Part shown: positions 39,196 to 50,600 of the stretch, piece after piece
How positions within the stretch are numbered: position 1 is the first letter of the stretch
Layout of the letters: each line of letters opens with the position of its first letter
Source of the DNA: Spirochaetia bacterium
Lineage (GTDB): Bacteria; Spirochaetota; Spirochaetia; UBA9216
Assembly: GCA_963675665.1 (NCBI GenBank)
Contig: OY776510.1
Span: 3,520,001 to 3,584,000, forward strand
Direction of reading: 5' to 3'
Length of the DNA stretch: 64,000 nucleotides
The notes under the pieces: model-generated
Told to the model about the DNA's origin: nothing
The model's input: the letters and a program-made list of their open reading frames with translations, nothing else
Database searches by the model: none
Made by a program: the position numbers and the translations under genes

Positions 39196-40440
39196 TGTTA
39201 TTAAAGTTATAACAGTTATAAAAGCACTGTATTTGGTAAAATCAAGAAAACTTATTTTAAATCCGCTTTTTCCGGCAATTCCTGCGCCGACAACATTTGC
39301 CGATGCTCCAATCAGGGTCCCGTTTCCGCCTAGACATGAACCAAGTGCAAGAGACCACCACACAGGTTGAACAGCTGCCTGACCCATAACCGCTTCCATA
39401 TGTTCGACCAAAGGAACCATTGTAGCAACATAAGGGATATTATCCACTATAGCAGACATAATCCCCGACAGCCAGATAATAAGTTCCGAAGTAAGAGCAA
39501 TATTTCCTTCGGTGAATGAAAGTAGAGCAGTAGACAGCATCTCAATTATTCCAAGCTCAACAAGCCCGCCTACCAGAATAAACAGTCCGATAAAGAAAAA
39601 AATTGTACCCCATTCAACCTCATGAAAAAAATGATCAACTTCTTCAGAGCCGGCAAGAAGCATAAGCAAAGCTGCTCCGAAAAGCGATATTGTAGCTGGT
39701 TTCAGGCCCAGATGATCATGAAGCAGAAAACCGATAATTACCAGGCTTATTACTATAAGACTTTTAACCAGAAGAGGCTTGTCTTTAATGGACTGGCTTT
39801 CATCAAATTCCATAATTCTCGCACGTCTTTCGATACTTACCTTCAACTGCTTTCTGAATAGAAAATATATAATAAAGCAGAGCAGTATAAAATTAATCAA
39901 AACTATAGGACCGAGTGTTTTAAGGAAATCCAGAAAGCCCAAATCAGCGGCCGAACCTATCATTATATTCGGAGGGTCTCCTATAAGGGTTGCAGTCCCG
40001 CCTATGTTGGACGCAATTGCACAGCTTATAACGAAAGGGACAGGAGAGACGCCGAGCTCTACCGCAACAAGTATGATCACCGGCGTCAGGATCATTACTG
40101 TAGTTACGTTATCAAGAATGGCCGAAAACAATGCGCTGATGAATGAAAAAAGTATTAATATTCTTACAGGCTCACCGTTAACCGCTTTCGCAGTCTTTAT
40201 TGCGGTATACTGGAATATACCGGAGTTCTTTGTAATACCTACAATCACCATCATTCCTATCAGAAGGAAAATTACGTTCCAGTCTATTTCTTCAAATGCC
40301 GCATCCTGTCCTATAATCCCCAGAATTATAAAGATTACCGCGCCAAGAAGCGAAACAATTGTTTTATTTATTTTTTCAAGCGTTATCAGCACAAAGCATA
40401 TTATGAATATGGATAAGCCTATTATCATAGTTAAAGTCAT
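39163..40440 (-). CDS. ArsB/NhaD/SLC13-family permease
   Basis: LDNVTT, SNIGGTATLIGDPPNI, GGNGTLIGASAN. Confidence 0.9.
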   Translation of the reverse strand: MTLTMIIGLSIFIICFVLITLEKINKTIVSLLGAVIFIILGIIGQDAAFEEIDWNVIFLLIGMMVIVGITKNSGIFQYTAIKTAKAVNGEPVRILILFSFISALFSAILDNVTTVMILTPVIILVAVELGVSPVPFVISCAIASNIGGTATLIGDPPNIMIGSAADLGFLDFLKTLGPIVLINFILLCFIIYFLFRKQLKVSIERRARIMEFDESQSIKDKPLLVKSLIVISLVIIGFLLHDHLGLKPATISLFGAALLMLLAGSEEVDHFFHEVEWGTIFFFIGLFILVGGLVELGIIEMLSTALLSFTEGNIALTSELIIWLSGIMSAIVDNIPYVATMVPLVEHMEAVMGQAAVQPVWWSLALGSCLGGNGTLIGASANVVGAGIAGKSGFKISFLDFTKYSAFITVITLITSSIYIYFVLL

Positions 40441-40441
40441 T

Positions 40442-41335
40442 TTACCTCCGCAAAACCTTGTAAAGAATGTCCATAACATTAAGTATTCCTACAAGTTTGC
40501 CGTCCTTAATTACCGGGAGATGTCTGAAATTTCCCTGCGTCATTTTCATTACTGCTTCAACTACCGAAGATTCCGGCGAAAGGCTTACCAGCGATTTTTT
40601 CATTATATTCCTTACCGGAATAGATTCTTCTTCGATTAACAGTTTCTCAAGCGGAGCAAAGCTCTTCATGAAACTTAGATTGCCTATCGACACTGCATAG
40701 TCCGGAATTCCGACGGAAATAAGATCATTTACCCGTACTTCTCCAAGAAATTCACCGTTTCCTGATATTACCGGAAGATAACTTGTCTTGTTTGTGTAAA
40801 ACAGGTCTGTCAGTTCTTTGAGATTCATGTCAGGTTCGGCTATACCGTATTCTGTATGCATCAAATCTTCAACGGTTAGCTCTTTCTTCACATATATTCC
40901 TTCAAGAATGTTATGAACTTCTTCAGAGTTTTTTGAAGCCTTGATATTATTAAAGATAGTGCTGTCCTGCGAAAGCTTTGCTAGGGTTGCAAGCACCTGT
41001 AGATAAAGATTTGAAACTGCAAGTGACGTTATCATTACAACAAAGCAGCTTACCTGTGTTTCTTCTACTTCAACAGGGTTTTCCGGGATACATAAAACTA
41101 TTGATAAATCACCGTAATCTTTTATTCTGGCGTGGGGAATTGCCATTCCGTTTTTAAAAACTGTACCGCCCAACTGGTCCCTGGATTTGATTTCTTCAAT
41201 CACTGAGCTTTTCGGAAAGGGAATTTTCTTCTTTTCATACAGGCTGTCTACAGCCAGCTTGATTGCTTCTTCACGGCTGTTGATTTTTGTCTTTACAAGA
41301 ATTGATTCCTTTTCGATTAATGAAGATAGTTTCAT
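40442..41335 (-). CDS. PTS EIIA(Ntr/Fru)-domain plus CBS-pair protein
   Basis: GMAIPHAR phospho-His motif; CBS motifs YLPVI and HLPVIKDGKLVGI. Confidence 0.85.
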   Translation of the reverse strand: MKLSSLIEKESILVKTKINSREEAIKLAVDSLYEKKKIPFPKSSVIEEIKSRDQLGGTVFKNGMAIPHARIKDYGDLSIVLCIPENPVEVEETQVSCFVVMITSLAVSNLYLQVLATLAKLSQDSTIFNNIKASKNSEEVHNILEGIYVKKELTVEDLMHTEYGIAEPDMNLKELTDLFYTNKTSYLPVISGNGEFLGEVRVNDLISVGIPDYAVSIGNLSFMKSFAPLEKLLIEEESIPVRNIMKKSLVSLSPESSVVEAVMKMTQGNFRHLPVIKDGKLVGILNVMDILYKVLRR

Positions 41336-41498
41336 ATTAACTCCTTAAAGAAAGAATATACAGACAAATAAGGATTGTCAATGCTTTATACGTACATATA
41401 TAGACTATGGTAGACATGTAAGGACATTTGTTTTGTTGTGGTTTAATTGATTAATAATTATCTTTCATTTTGGTAATATTTTTAGTATGCTATAGACT

Positions 41499-42626
41499 GT
41501 GGACGATAAAAATGTAATCTACAGACCAACAGCAGCAAAATTGCTTAACACTATATTTAATTATTTAACCCGGATAGCAAAAGAACGCCAAATTGACAAC
41601 ATTCTTCGCCTTATCGCTGATTTCGGACGCGATGTTGTTTCGGCAGACCGTTGTACGGTTTGGCTTCTTGATGAAAGAAAAGATATCCTGTGGACCAGGG
41701 TAGCTCACGGTGTCGACCGTATAGAAATTGCAAGGGACAAGGGAATTGCCGGCGAAGTAGCAACCACGGGTGAACCTTTAATTATCAATGATCCTTATTC
41801 CGATCCACGTTTCGATAAAGATATTGACAAGCAAACCGGTTATCATACTTACGGAATTATTGCACTGCCGATTCGCGACAGCCACGGTAAAATGATAGGC
41901 GTTGTCCAGGTTCTTAACAGTCTGACTCCGCTAAAAAAATTCACTGAAAAAGACCAGCAACATCTTGTACTTGCCGCGAGTTATGCAGGCAACCAGCTTG
42001 AAGCAGTACTGCTTCAGGAAGAAATGGATAATACACAAAAAGAAATAATCTTCACCCTTGCTGAAACCGGTGAAATGCGCTCCAAAGAAACAGGAAACCA
42101 TGTAAAGAGAGTCGCTGAACATTCAAGACTGCTCGGGCTTTTATACGGTCTGAACGATACCGATGCTCTTCTGTTAAAAACAGCTTCTCCGCTGCATGAT
42201 ATCGGCAAAATTGCAATACCTGATTCAATCCTTCTTAAAAACGGACCGCTTACGGAGCAGGAACGCAATAAAATGAAGGGGCATACAACTCTCGGATTCG
42301 AAATGCTGAAACATTCCGATCGCATAGTTTTTAAAACTGCAGCGGATATTGCGCTTAACCACCATGAAAAATGGGACGGAAGCGGTTATCCAAACGGCCT
42401 TCGTAAAGATGAAATCAGTCTTTACGGACGTATAACAGCTATAGCTGATGTTTTTGATGCGCTAGCAAGTCCCCGTGTTTACAAGAAACCGTGGGATCAG
42501 CAGAAGATTATCAAGCATTTCAACGAAGAACAGGGCAAACATTTTGATCCGGACCTTGCCAGACTTTTTGTTGAAAATTTCGATCAATTCTGGAGGATAA
42601 GCGTCAGACTGAAAGATCAACACTGA
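41499..42626 (+). CDS. GAF plus HD-GYP cyclic di-nucleotide phosphodiesterase
   Basis: GAF (GIAGEV...DPRFDKDID); LHDIGK, HHEKWDGSGYP, IADVFDAL. Confidence 0.92.
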   Translation: MDDKNVIYRPTAAKLLNTIFNYLTRIAKERQIDNILRLIADFGRDVVSADRCTVWLLDERKDILWTRVAHGVDRIEIARDKGIAGEVATTGEPLIINDPYSDPRFDKDIDKQTGYHTYGIIALPIRDSHGKMIGVVQVLNSLTPLKKFTEKDQQHLVLAASYAGNQLEAVLLQEEMDNTQKEIIFTLAETGEMRSKETGNHVKRVAEHSRLLGLLYGLNDTDALLLKTASPLHDIGKIAIPDSILLKNGPLTEQERNKMKGHTTLGFEMLKHSDRIVFKTAADIALNHHEKWDGSGYPNGLRKDEISLYGRITAIADVFDALASPRVYKKPWDQQKIIKHFNEEQGKHFDPDLARLFVENFDQFWRISVRLKDQH

Positions 42627-42632
42627 TCGCTT

Positions 42633-44027
42633 TTATTCTGCAATTGCAGCGGCGCCCTTAAGAGTAAAATAATTTCTGAAAAAATCAATCGATTCCTTAT
42701 ACTCGTCAATCAGATGGATATTAAGGTTTATTTTTTCTGTGATGAGATCAATCTCGCTGCCGGATCCCGCCTGAAACAGGGTATTCTTCATCTCTATTTG
42801 CTGCCTGTCGTTCTCCTGAAGAAGCCTGCTGTATTCAATGTTATGCCTGTTCAGTTCCAGTCTGAGAATTGATTCATTTATCATGCTGCTTATTGCTTCA
42901 AGGCCCAATTCATAATCATAATAGGTTTTCTGCTGTTCTTCAATGTCGCGTTCAATTTGAATTCGTTGTTTTCCGCCTTCGTAAATCTTTGTCTGAAGCG
43001 CAACTGTCGCAGTCAACCCGAGACTGTCCTGACCATACCAGTCCTTTTCAACGAAAGGAAACCTCGGACCTGAATACCCAAGTTCAAGGTGAAGTCCTAT
43101 ATCCGGTTTGAAATTCGCAGCGCCGCGGCTGATTTCTATTTTCAATTCACTGATATCCCTCAATTCTTTTAACATTTTCAATTCGGGGCTGAACTTCAGC
43201 GCAGAATCAATATAGTAATCGCTCTGCCTGATTATAATTTCTTCCATTGATTTTAAATTACTGAAATCCAGGTCATCCGCATCAAGGTCTTTTTTTCCTG
43301 ATAATTTTGAAATTGCCAGGATCGCCTGTTCTTTTTGTTCTCTTAACTCTGTTTCGGCTATTTCAAGTTCTTTAATCCTGATACGGGCATTCAGAAGATC
43401 GGTATATAAAAGAAAACCGTTTTTAAATGATTCGTCTGCTATATCAACAAGCCTTTGAGCATCGGTTATCTGTTCGGAAATACAATTTTCAATCAAGAAA
43501 ATATAATAAAGAACATGTGCATAAACAAATATTCCGGTCCTTATTTCATTTCGCTTGCTTTCCTGAATTAATTCGCTTGTTTCAAATACCTTACTGTAAA
43601 GCAGAACTGCATTCCTTAGTTTCCCCCAGGTATATACGGGCTGGTCAATCAGGAACTTGAATTCATAATGAGTATTCTCCATACCCTCATACAGAATCAT
43701 ATCTTCAGCAGGAAGAAGAATACTTGTTCCTCCGATATCATATGAACCGAATTCGCCGGCTTTTAACTTTATTGGCTCTATCATGGGTTTGGAAAGCCAG
43801 GACAGACTTGTCTGAAAATCAACTTCCGGAAGCCTTGAAGCTTTTGCATTTCTCAAATCCATTTCAGCCTGCCTTCCTTCAATCGCAAGCTTTTGAAGAT
43901 CCAGATTATTCTCAGTTGCACATTTAACCAGATCATCAGGACTTATCTTCTGTGCAACAAGCGCACCGGGAAAAAGAGAAATATAACAAGTAATACAGAC
44001 AGTCAGAATAATTCTGTTAACGTTCAA
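42633..44027 (-). CDS. TolC-family outer-membrane efflux protein
   Basis: Signal peptide; two OEP repeats (ASRLPEVDF, NFKPDIGL); RND context. Confidence 0.8.
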   Translation of the reverse strand: MNVNRIILTVCITCYISLFPGALVAQKISPDDLVKCATENNLDLQKLAIEGRQAEMDLRNAKASRLPEVDFQTSLSWLSKPMIEPIKLKAGEFGSYDIGGTSILLPAEDMILYEGMENTHYEFKFLIDQPVYTWGKLRNAVLLYSKVFETSELIQESKRNEIRTGIFVYAHVLYYIFLIENCISEQITDAQRLVDIADESFKNGFLLYTDLLNARIRIKELEIAETELREQKEQAILAISKLSGKKDLDADDLDFSNLKSMEEIIIRQSDYYIDSALKFSPELKMLKELRDISELKIEISRGAANFKPDIGLHLELGYSGPRFPFVEKDWYGQDSLGLTATVALQTKIYEGGKQRIQIERDIEEQQKTYYDYELGLEAISSMINESILRLELNRHNIEYSRLLQENDRQQIEMKNTLFQAGSGSEIDLITEKINLNIHLIDEYKESIDFFRNYFTLKGAAAIAE

Positions 44028-44028
44028 T

Positions 44029-45807
44029 CTACTGCTCCAGGCTCAGGTAATTCGCAGCACCTGCGGTAAGATAATATTTATCATCTATGTCTGAAAGATC
44101 TGATGATAAAGTTCTGGCCGCCCGCTCAGCAGTTGTCGGAATGTATATATAAAATGAAACCCTGCTCTGGTTTCCTGAATATCCTGAATCTTTCCATTCC
44201 AGCCCGCCGAAACTGAAGTGTCCCTTCTCAATGGTGTCCTGAGTGACAAACATACTCTCGGTTGTCTCGGTAAAATCGGGCGAATCAGTCGCAAGCGGCT
44301 GCCCGGTTTCCATCGGGGTTAGAGGGTCGGCATCATCATCGACCGGATCATAAAACAGCCACACTTCAACTCCGTTCACCAGCTCTGTTCTTCCGGTGTT
44401 CCAGATTTCACCGGACAGGGTTTCATTGAACTCCGTCTGTTTTATAACCATACTTCCGAGATTGTTCTCCAGATCGGCTTTGACAACACTCTGAGGATCA
44501 TAGTAAGCGTCGTCTTCATCATCATCAATTGTACTGTTTCCATCACGGTCCCATCCGCCGTCTGTCAATTTGCTGTCGATTGTACTTCCTGTAAGAAATT
44601 TATCTTTAATAAAAACCAGTCTTACCCGGGTTGTCTTCCTGTTGTCGGAAGAGGAGGGCTTGCGCTCAAAATTTATGCTGCTGCTATACTCTCCCGATGC
44701 ATTGGTAGTAACAGTGTATGACGGATTTTCAGGCCATATTACAAATTCCGAATCAGGCGCTTCGATACTCTCAGAATCGTCAGATATATAACTCCAGTCT
44801 TCGGCAACCCAGATCCTTACGCTTACATTCATTTCTCCTTCATTTGTTGATGAATTCAATACTGTCCCTGATACAGTTGCCGTATTCAGTTCATCAGCAA
44901 GGCTTATTTCACCAAGCTCGGTATATGTATCAGCTTCAATCTCGTCACTCTGGAAAAAACCTTCGTTCTCATCCGAGTCTACGGTACCGTTGCCGTCTAT
45001 GTCCCAACCTCCGTCCGTTATATCGGCATCTGCATCATTTTCAGCAATATAACTGCCGGCTGCAAAGGTAAGCCTGACAATAACCGTTTCTTTATTGTTA
45101 GAAACGGAGGGTAACATTCTGTACGATATCTGTTGGTTCCATTCGCCGAGAGCATCCGTTAAAACAATATAATCTGCTTCGTCATTCCATTGAAATTTTG
45201 ATTCGTCGGTATCTATATTTCCGGATGAGTCATAAATCCAGGAAACCGGCACCCAAATACGCACATTAACATTCTGCAGCGGTTCGCCTGTTTCTGTATC
45301 TACAACAGATCCCGATATTTCAGCCGAATTGAAAATCCTGCTGAGTTTAAATACCGGTATTCTGTTCGTTACATCAGATATAACATACACAGGGTAGGGA
45401 GTTTTGCACATTCCGTATTCTGAATGATAAAACAACAGATATATTTCTTTTCGGTCGCCTGATTTACCGTAATCCGGAAAAAGTTCATTCCATATCAGAC
45501 CGTTAAAAGTATAATTGCCCTGTTCATCGGTTATTGTTTTTAAAAAATATTTCGGCTCTCCGTCAGCAGGATTATCCGGATACACGTTTTCATCGGCTGT
45601 CCATGCGTCGAAGTCTATATCACGTTCTTCAATATCGGTATACAGATACACTTCAGCATCGGATATACCGTAAAATTCGGTACCGTTTTCATATTCTTCC
45701 TCATCCGCAAGAGTTCCGGTTATTGAACCGGTGAATACAACTGAACATGATAAAATAACTGCTGATAAAACAGTAATAAAAAAAGGTAAAATCTTTCTCA
45801 TAGCCAT
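44029..45807 (-). CDS. Acidic repeat-domain lipoprotein
   Basis: ILSC lipobox; four (S/T)G-x-(V/L/I)-initiated beta-sandwich-like repeats; two TDGGWDxDGN motifs. Confidence 0.75.
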   Translation of the reverse strand: MAMRKILPFFITVLSAVILSCSVVFTGSITGTLADEEEYENGTEFYGISDAEVYLYTDIEERDIDFDAWTADENVYPDNPADGEPKYFLKTITDEQGNYTFNGLIWNELFPDYGKSGDRKEIYLLFYHSEYGMCKTPYPVYVISDVTNRIPVFKLSRIFNSAEISGSVVDTETGEPLQNVNVRIWVPVSWIYDSSGNIDTDESKFQWNDEADYIVLTDALGEWNQQISYRMLPSVSNNKETVIVRLTFAAGSYIAENDADADITDGGWDIDGNGTVDSDENEGFFQSDEIEADTYTELGEISLADELNTATVSGTVLNSSTNEGEMNVSVRIWVAEDWSYISDDSESIEAPDSEFVIWPENPSYTVTTNASGEYSSSINFERKPSSSDNRKTTRVRLVFIKDKFLTGSTIDSKLTDGGWDRDGNSTIDDDEDDAYYDPQSVVKADLENNLGSMVIKQTEFNETLSGEIWNTGRTELVNGVEVWLFYDPVDDDADPLTPMETGQPLATDSPDFTETTESMFVTQDTIEKGHFSFGGLEWKDSGYSGNQSRVSFYIYIPTTAERAARTLSSDLSDIDDKYYLTAGAANYLSLEQ

Positions 45808-45817
45808 CTCTTTCTAA

Positions 45818-45835
45818 AAGGAACGTTCATTCTTT
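45818..45835 (-). promoter_or_regulatory. Putative TetR operator (copy 1)
   Basis: AAAGAATGAACGTTCCTT on the - strand; 16/18 identical to 46533-46550. Confidence 0.6.
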
Positions 45836-45878
45836 ATTAATTTAACTCTTTTTTATTGAAAAATCAATACAGCTTTAT

Positions 45879-46481
45879 TTATTTTAACATTCTGTCGAGC
45901 AGGCTTTTTAAAACAATTTCGTTCATTATCATCTTGATATCCTGCATTCTCATCAGACCGCCTTTTGATCCTGATGCAAGCCGCATTGCGTTGCTTATGC
46001 CGGATATTATTATGGTTACAAGAGCATAGAATTCTTTCTTGGATAAATTCATCATTTTATAAAGGCTTTCCTCGTCGTTATTGCCGATATATTTTTGCGA
46101 AATAATTTCCGCTATGCGTGAATAGAAGCCCTGCAGTTTTTTCTGAAATCCGAGCTCATTGGTTAAGATAGTTACGACTTTTATATTCTTGTAAATAACA
46201 TCAAGAATTGTAGTAACAAGTTTTTCGGCAATTTCCTCAGGGGGCATTTCTGCAGTTATGTCCTTGAACAGTTCAATTGTAAAAGCATCAAGGCCGTTCT
46301 CAAGCAATGCATCAAATATTTCTTCCTTGTTTGAGAAATACAGGTATATTGTTCCTACGGACAAGCCGGAATCCGAAACGATATCCTGAATGGATGTCGC
46401 ATGAAATCCTTTACCGGAGAAAAGACGCGTAGCTGTTTCAATTATTAACTGACGTTTTTGTTCATCCCTTTGCCTTGCCAT
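45879..46481 (-). CDS. TetR/AcrR-family regulator
   Basis: LFSGKGFHATSIQDI...VGTIYLYFSNKEEIF. Confidence 0.93.
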   Translation of the reverse strand: MARQRDEQKRQLIIETATRLFSGKGFHATSIQDIVSDSGLSVGTIYLYFSNKEEIFDALLENGLDAFTIELFKDITAEMPPEEIAEKLVTTILDVIYKNIKVVTILTNELGFQKKLQGFYSRIAEIISQKYIGNNDEESLYKMMNLSKKEFYALVTIIISGISNAMRLASGSKGGLMRMQDIKMIMNEIVLKSLLDRMLK

Positions 46482-46532
46482 AAATTAATTATTACAGATA
46501 TATTGATTTTTATCAAGAAAAAAACTATATTT

Positions 46533-46550
46533 AAAGAATGAGCGTTCTTT
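46533..46550 (+). promoter_or_regulatory. Putative TetR operator (copy 2), overlapping the MFP start codon
   Basis: AAAGAATGAGCGTTCTTT imperfect palindrome just after TTGATT...TATATT. Confidence 0.6.
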
Positions 46551-47602
46551 TTAGTAAAAAAACAATTTCAACGTTTGCCGCTGTAGCATTTTCAATCATA
46601 ATACTTGCGGTGTTTCTTGGAACAACGGAAAGCAACAGTATAACAACAGACAAACCAGATGAAATCAAATACACTCCTGTTAAGGTAATTAGAGCTGAAA
46701 AAGGTTCGCTCGATCGGACCCTGAGACTTAACGGGTACATTCAGTCCGATGATATTGTTACAATCATACCCTTTGTTTCTGGAACACTTGAAGAACTTCT
46801 TGTAGACGTAGGCGAGACTGTCAGTGAAAACCAGGTTATTGCCCGTATAGACTCCAGAGTATTTGATCTTCAGCTGAAACAGGCTGAAGCTGCTTACCTC
46901 GGCGCAAAATCCTCTTATGAACGACTTGAACTTCTGTACGCATCAAACGCCGCAACCCGGCAAAATTATGATCAGGCTAAAACACAGTATGAAGCTTATA
47001 AATCACAATATGAACTGGCCCGACTGCAGTTGAGCTATACAGAAATAGAATCACCGATTAACGGTACAGTACTTGCGATACATGCAAATCAGGGTTCAAT
47101 TGCAGCACCCGAGCTTCCCGTACTGACCGTCGGGGATCTTACGAACCTTATTGTGAAACTTAGCATCCCCGACAGATATTACGAACTTTTTCGAACCTCA
47201 CCGGATATGCGGATAAAAATATTCAGACCGGGAAACGAAGCGTCGGCAGCAGAGGCGTCAATCAAGAATATCTCGCCCATTATATCACCGGAAACAAGAA
47301 ATTTTGAAGTCGTCTGTACAATTGACGGCGACAAATCAGTCTTCAGGCCGGGCATGTTTGTCTACTGCCTTTTCAATGTAGATCATGCAGAAGATGTTTT
47401 CTATCTTCCCCATAAAGCCCTTGGGCCTTCGGGCACGCTTTGGTATATCAACCCGCAGTCTTCAACAGCGGAAAGAATTGATTTTGCAGGATATTTCAGT
47501 AACAACAATTTTTTTGCCATTCCGGAGGAGTTGGCCCATTATGATTTTATTATTGAAGGTCAAAGCTTTCTTACCCCCGGGGAACGAGTCAGGATTAAAT
47601 AG
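46538..47602 (+). CDS. RND efflux periplasmic adaptor (MFP)
   Basis: VSGTL..LLVDVGETV, IESPINGTV, FRPGMFV. Confidence 0.9.
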   Translation: MSVLFSKKTISTFAAVAFSIIILAVFLGTTESNSITTDKPDEIKYTPVKVIRAEKGSLDRTLRLNGYIQSDDIVTIIPFVSGTLEELLVDVGETVSENQVIARIDSRVFDLQLKQAEAAYLGAKSSYERLELLYASNAATRQNYDQAKTQYEAYKSQYELARLQLSYTEIESPINGTVLAIHANQGSIAAPELPVLTVGDLTNLIVKLSIPDRYYELFRTSPDMRIKIFRPGNEASAAEASIKNISPIISPETRNFEVVCTIDGDKSVFRPGMFVYCLFNVDHAEDVFYLPHKALGPSGTLWYINPQSSTAERIDFAGYFSNNNFFAIPEELAHYDFIIEGQSFLTPGERVRIK

Positions 47603-47612
47603 GCTTGACTGA

Positions 47613-50600
47613 ATGAAGCTTTCCGATTATTCAATCAAGCACCCGGCTGTTATTACCATTCTACTTGTTATGATCTCAGTTTTCGGAGTAATAGCAATAC
47701 GGAATACAAACCAGGAAGCTTTTCCTCCAATGGGACTTCCGGGAGCTTCTGTATTGACCGTATATCCCGGAATAGGTTCCGAGTTCATGGAAATTGAGGT
47801 TACCAGGCCTATTGAAGATGCGCTGTCCGGTGTATCCGGTTTAAAAGGACTCAGCTCTTCTTCAAAAGATTCAGTTTCAGTCGTGTCGGTAGAATTCCGG
47901 GACGGTGAAGATGCATATTCCAAACTTCCCGAAATAAGGGAAAAACTCAACTCTGTATCGGATACTTTGCCGGAAGGTATTTCAGGAAATCCCGAAATCT
48001 TCATCCATGATGCGGGCTCCTTTCTTCCTATTTACACGTTAATGATCAAGAGCAGCCTGCCGGATGAAGTTTTTTCTTCATTCATTGAAGAAGATTTCAA
48101 ATCCGGAATTACAAGAATTGACGGTGTTTCAAACGTTAACATATACGGTGGAAAAGGCCGGGAACTCGAAATAAAAATTCATCTTGATGAACTTGAAACC
48201 AGAGGTCTTGCCGTACTTGATATATTCACCATGCTTCAATACTACAACATATCTCTTCCTGCCGGCACTGTAGGTTATCTCGGAAGAAACATTAATATCA
48301 GAACATCCGGTGAATTCACCAGCATAGATGAAATTGAGAACCTTGTTATAGGAAATAAGGGCTCATCTCTTATTTACCTTAAAGACGTTGCGGATATCGG
48401 GTTTACAGAGAAACAGCCTGATTCCTATATAAGATCTGAAGGCGAAGATGCAATTCTGATTGATATCATGAAACGGGAACAAGGTAATACAATTGATATC
48501 ATAAACGCTGTTGATAAGCTTATAAACGATACAAATCAACGATTTCCCGGCAAACTTGAATTTCATGTTGTTACAGATCAGAAGGAAAGAACCGAACTTA
48601 CAATCAATACAGTCATACAGACGGCGCTTACCGGAATCATTCTTGCAATCCTGGTCATATATATCTTCCTGCATGATTTTCGAAGCACCATTATTATCGG
48701 GCTTTCTCTGCCCATATCAATTTTAATTACTTTTATCGGAATGTACCTTACCGGAACTACCATAAATATGTTGAGCCTTTCGGGAATAACCGTTGCAATC
48801 GGAATGATAGTAGACAGTTCGATAGTAGTTCTCGAAAATACCAGCAGGCATTCCTCCGAAGGCAAAACCCCGGAAACGGCCGCCTCGCTCGGGGCAGGAG
48901 AGGTCGGCGGCGCAGTCCTTGCTTCTGCGACAACTTCCATATGTGTTTTTCTGCCGATGGCTTTTCTATCCGGTGTAATCGGAATTATTATGAAGGGGCT
49001 TTCTTTGTCTATCGTATTTGCCCTTGGTTCTTCCGCTCTTGTTTCGGTTATAATTGTACCTTATCTTTCAGCTATCTTTCTAAAAAAAGAACCGAAACAC
49101 ATCAGGGGGCTCAGTACATTTCATAACCTTATAGAAAAAGCTCTTCAGGCCCTCACCAATTCATACCGGAAGTTGTTGTCCAAAGTTTTACGCAGACCTG
49201 CCGTTATAATTCTTACGGCAATAATTGTTCTTGCACTGACAGTAGTTCTGGTTTCCCGTCTGGGAATCAGTTTCCTTCCGCCCACCGATACCGGAGAAAT
49301 AGAATTTGATATTAGAACTCCCCAGTTTTACAGTCTTGAAGAATCACGGGGCAAGGCGGATGAAATAGACGCCATGTGCCGCGAACTTGTTCCCGAACTG
49401 GCAACTTCTGTATTTCAGGTAAACAACGACGGAACTATTACAGGTAAAATTCGACTTGTTAAGTCCGGAGAACGCGAACGTTCTGTTCAGGATATAATAA
49501 AGATTCTGCAAACTACTCTTAATAATGAAATCACAGATACGGAAACGATAGTAGTCAACGGCGGTTTTGATTCACTGCTGGGCATGGCAACCGGGGGGCA
49601 GGGATTTAAAATAAGACTTTACGGCAGCAATCTTGATGATATTATGAAGGAAGCTGAAAAAATCAACAGTTTTCTTGAATCCGACCGTGAAGTTATAAAA
49701 ACACAAATGAGCATGCGTTACGGGAAAGAGGAAATAGTATCCAACCTGATGCTTGACTACATGGGAAATCTGGGCATTACTCCCTATGAGGCTGCAATAA
49801 CTTCAAAGATTTTCTTCAGCGGGCTTGAAGCCGGCACCTTCAGGTTTGAGAATAAAAACTACAGCATGAAGCTTACTTCCGACATAGCAGGTCAGGAAAT
49901 AAACGAGGATACCATCAGTCTTATTAATATCAAAACTGCATCCGGTAAACCTGTCAGTATGACCAGCCTGACAGAGCTTGAAAGAAAACCTGCTGTTTCA
50001 GTGATTAATAAGCAGAACAAGACCATTTCGCTTACAGTCACAGCCCATCTGAACACTCTTGATCAAATTGAAATTACATCGAGAGTAGATGACTTCATGA
50101 AAACCCGGGAACTGCCTTATGGGCTGTCATGGGAAATAGGAGGGACATCAAGCCTTGTCAGCGAATCCTTCTCCTCATTATTTCTTATTCTCGGAATTGC
50201 TGTATTTCTTGTTTATTCGGTAATGGTAATACAGTTTGAAAAATTCGTTCAACCTGTAATAATTATGCTGTCAATTCCGTTTTGCCTGATAGGAGTAGTA
50301 TTGGGCCTGATTATATTCGGATCAATAATATCAATTATCCCCATGCTGGGTGTTATATCCCTGGCCGGAATAGTAGTTAACAACGGTATTGTACTGATAG
50401 ATTATATCAACCTGATAAGAAAAAGGGATAAACTGGAACTTTCTGAAGCGGTAATTACAGGTTGCACAGCCAGACTCAAACCGATAATGATGACTACTCT
50501 TACTACTTTTTTCGGGGTCCTCCCAATGGCATTCGCCGGAGGAAACGGTTCTGAAATATACGCACCCCTCGGACAGGCAATAGCAGGAGGGCTTATTACT

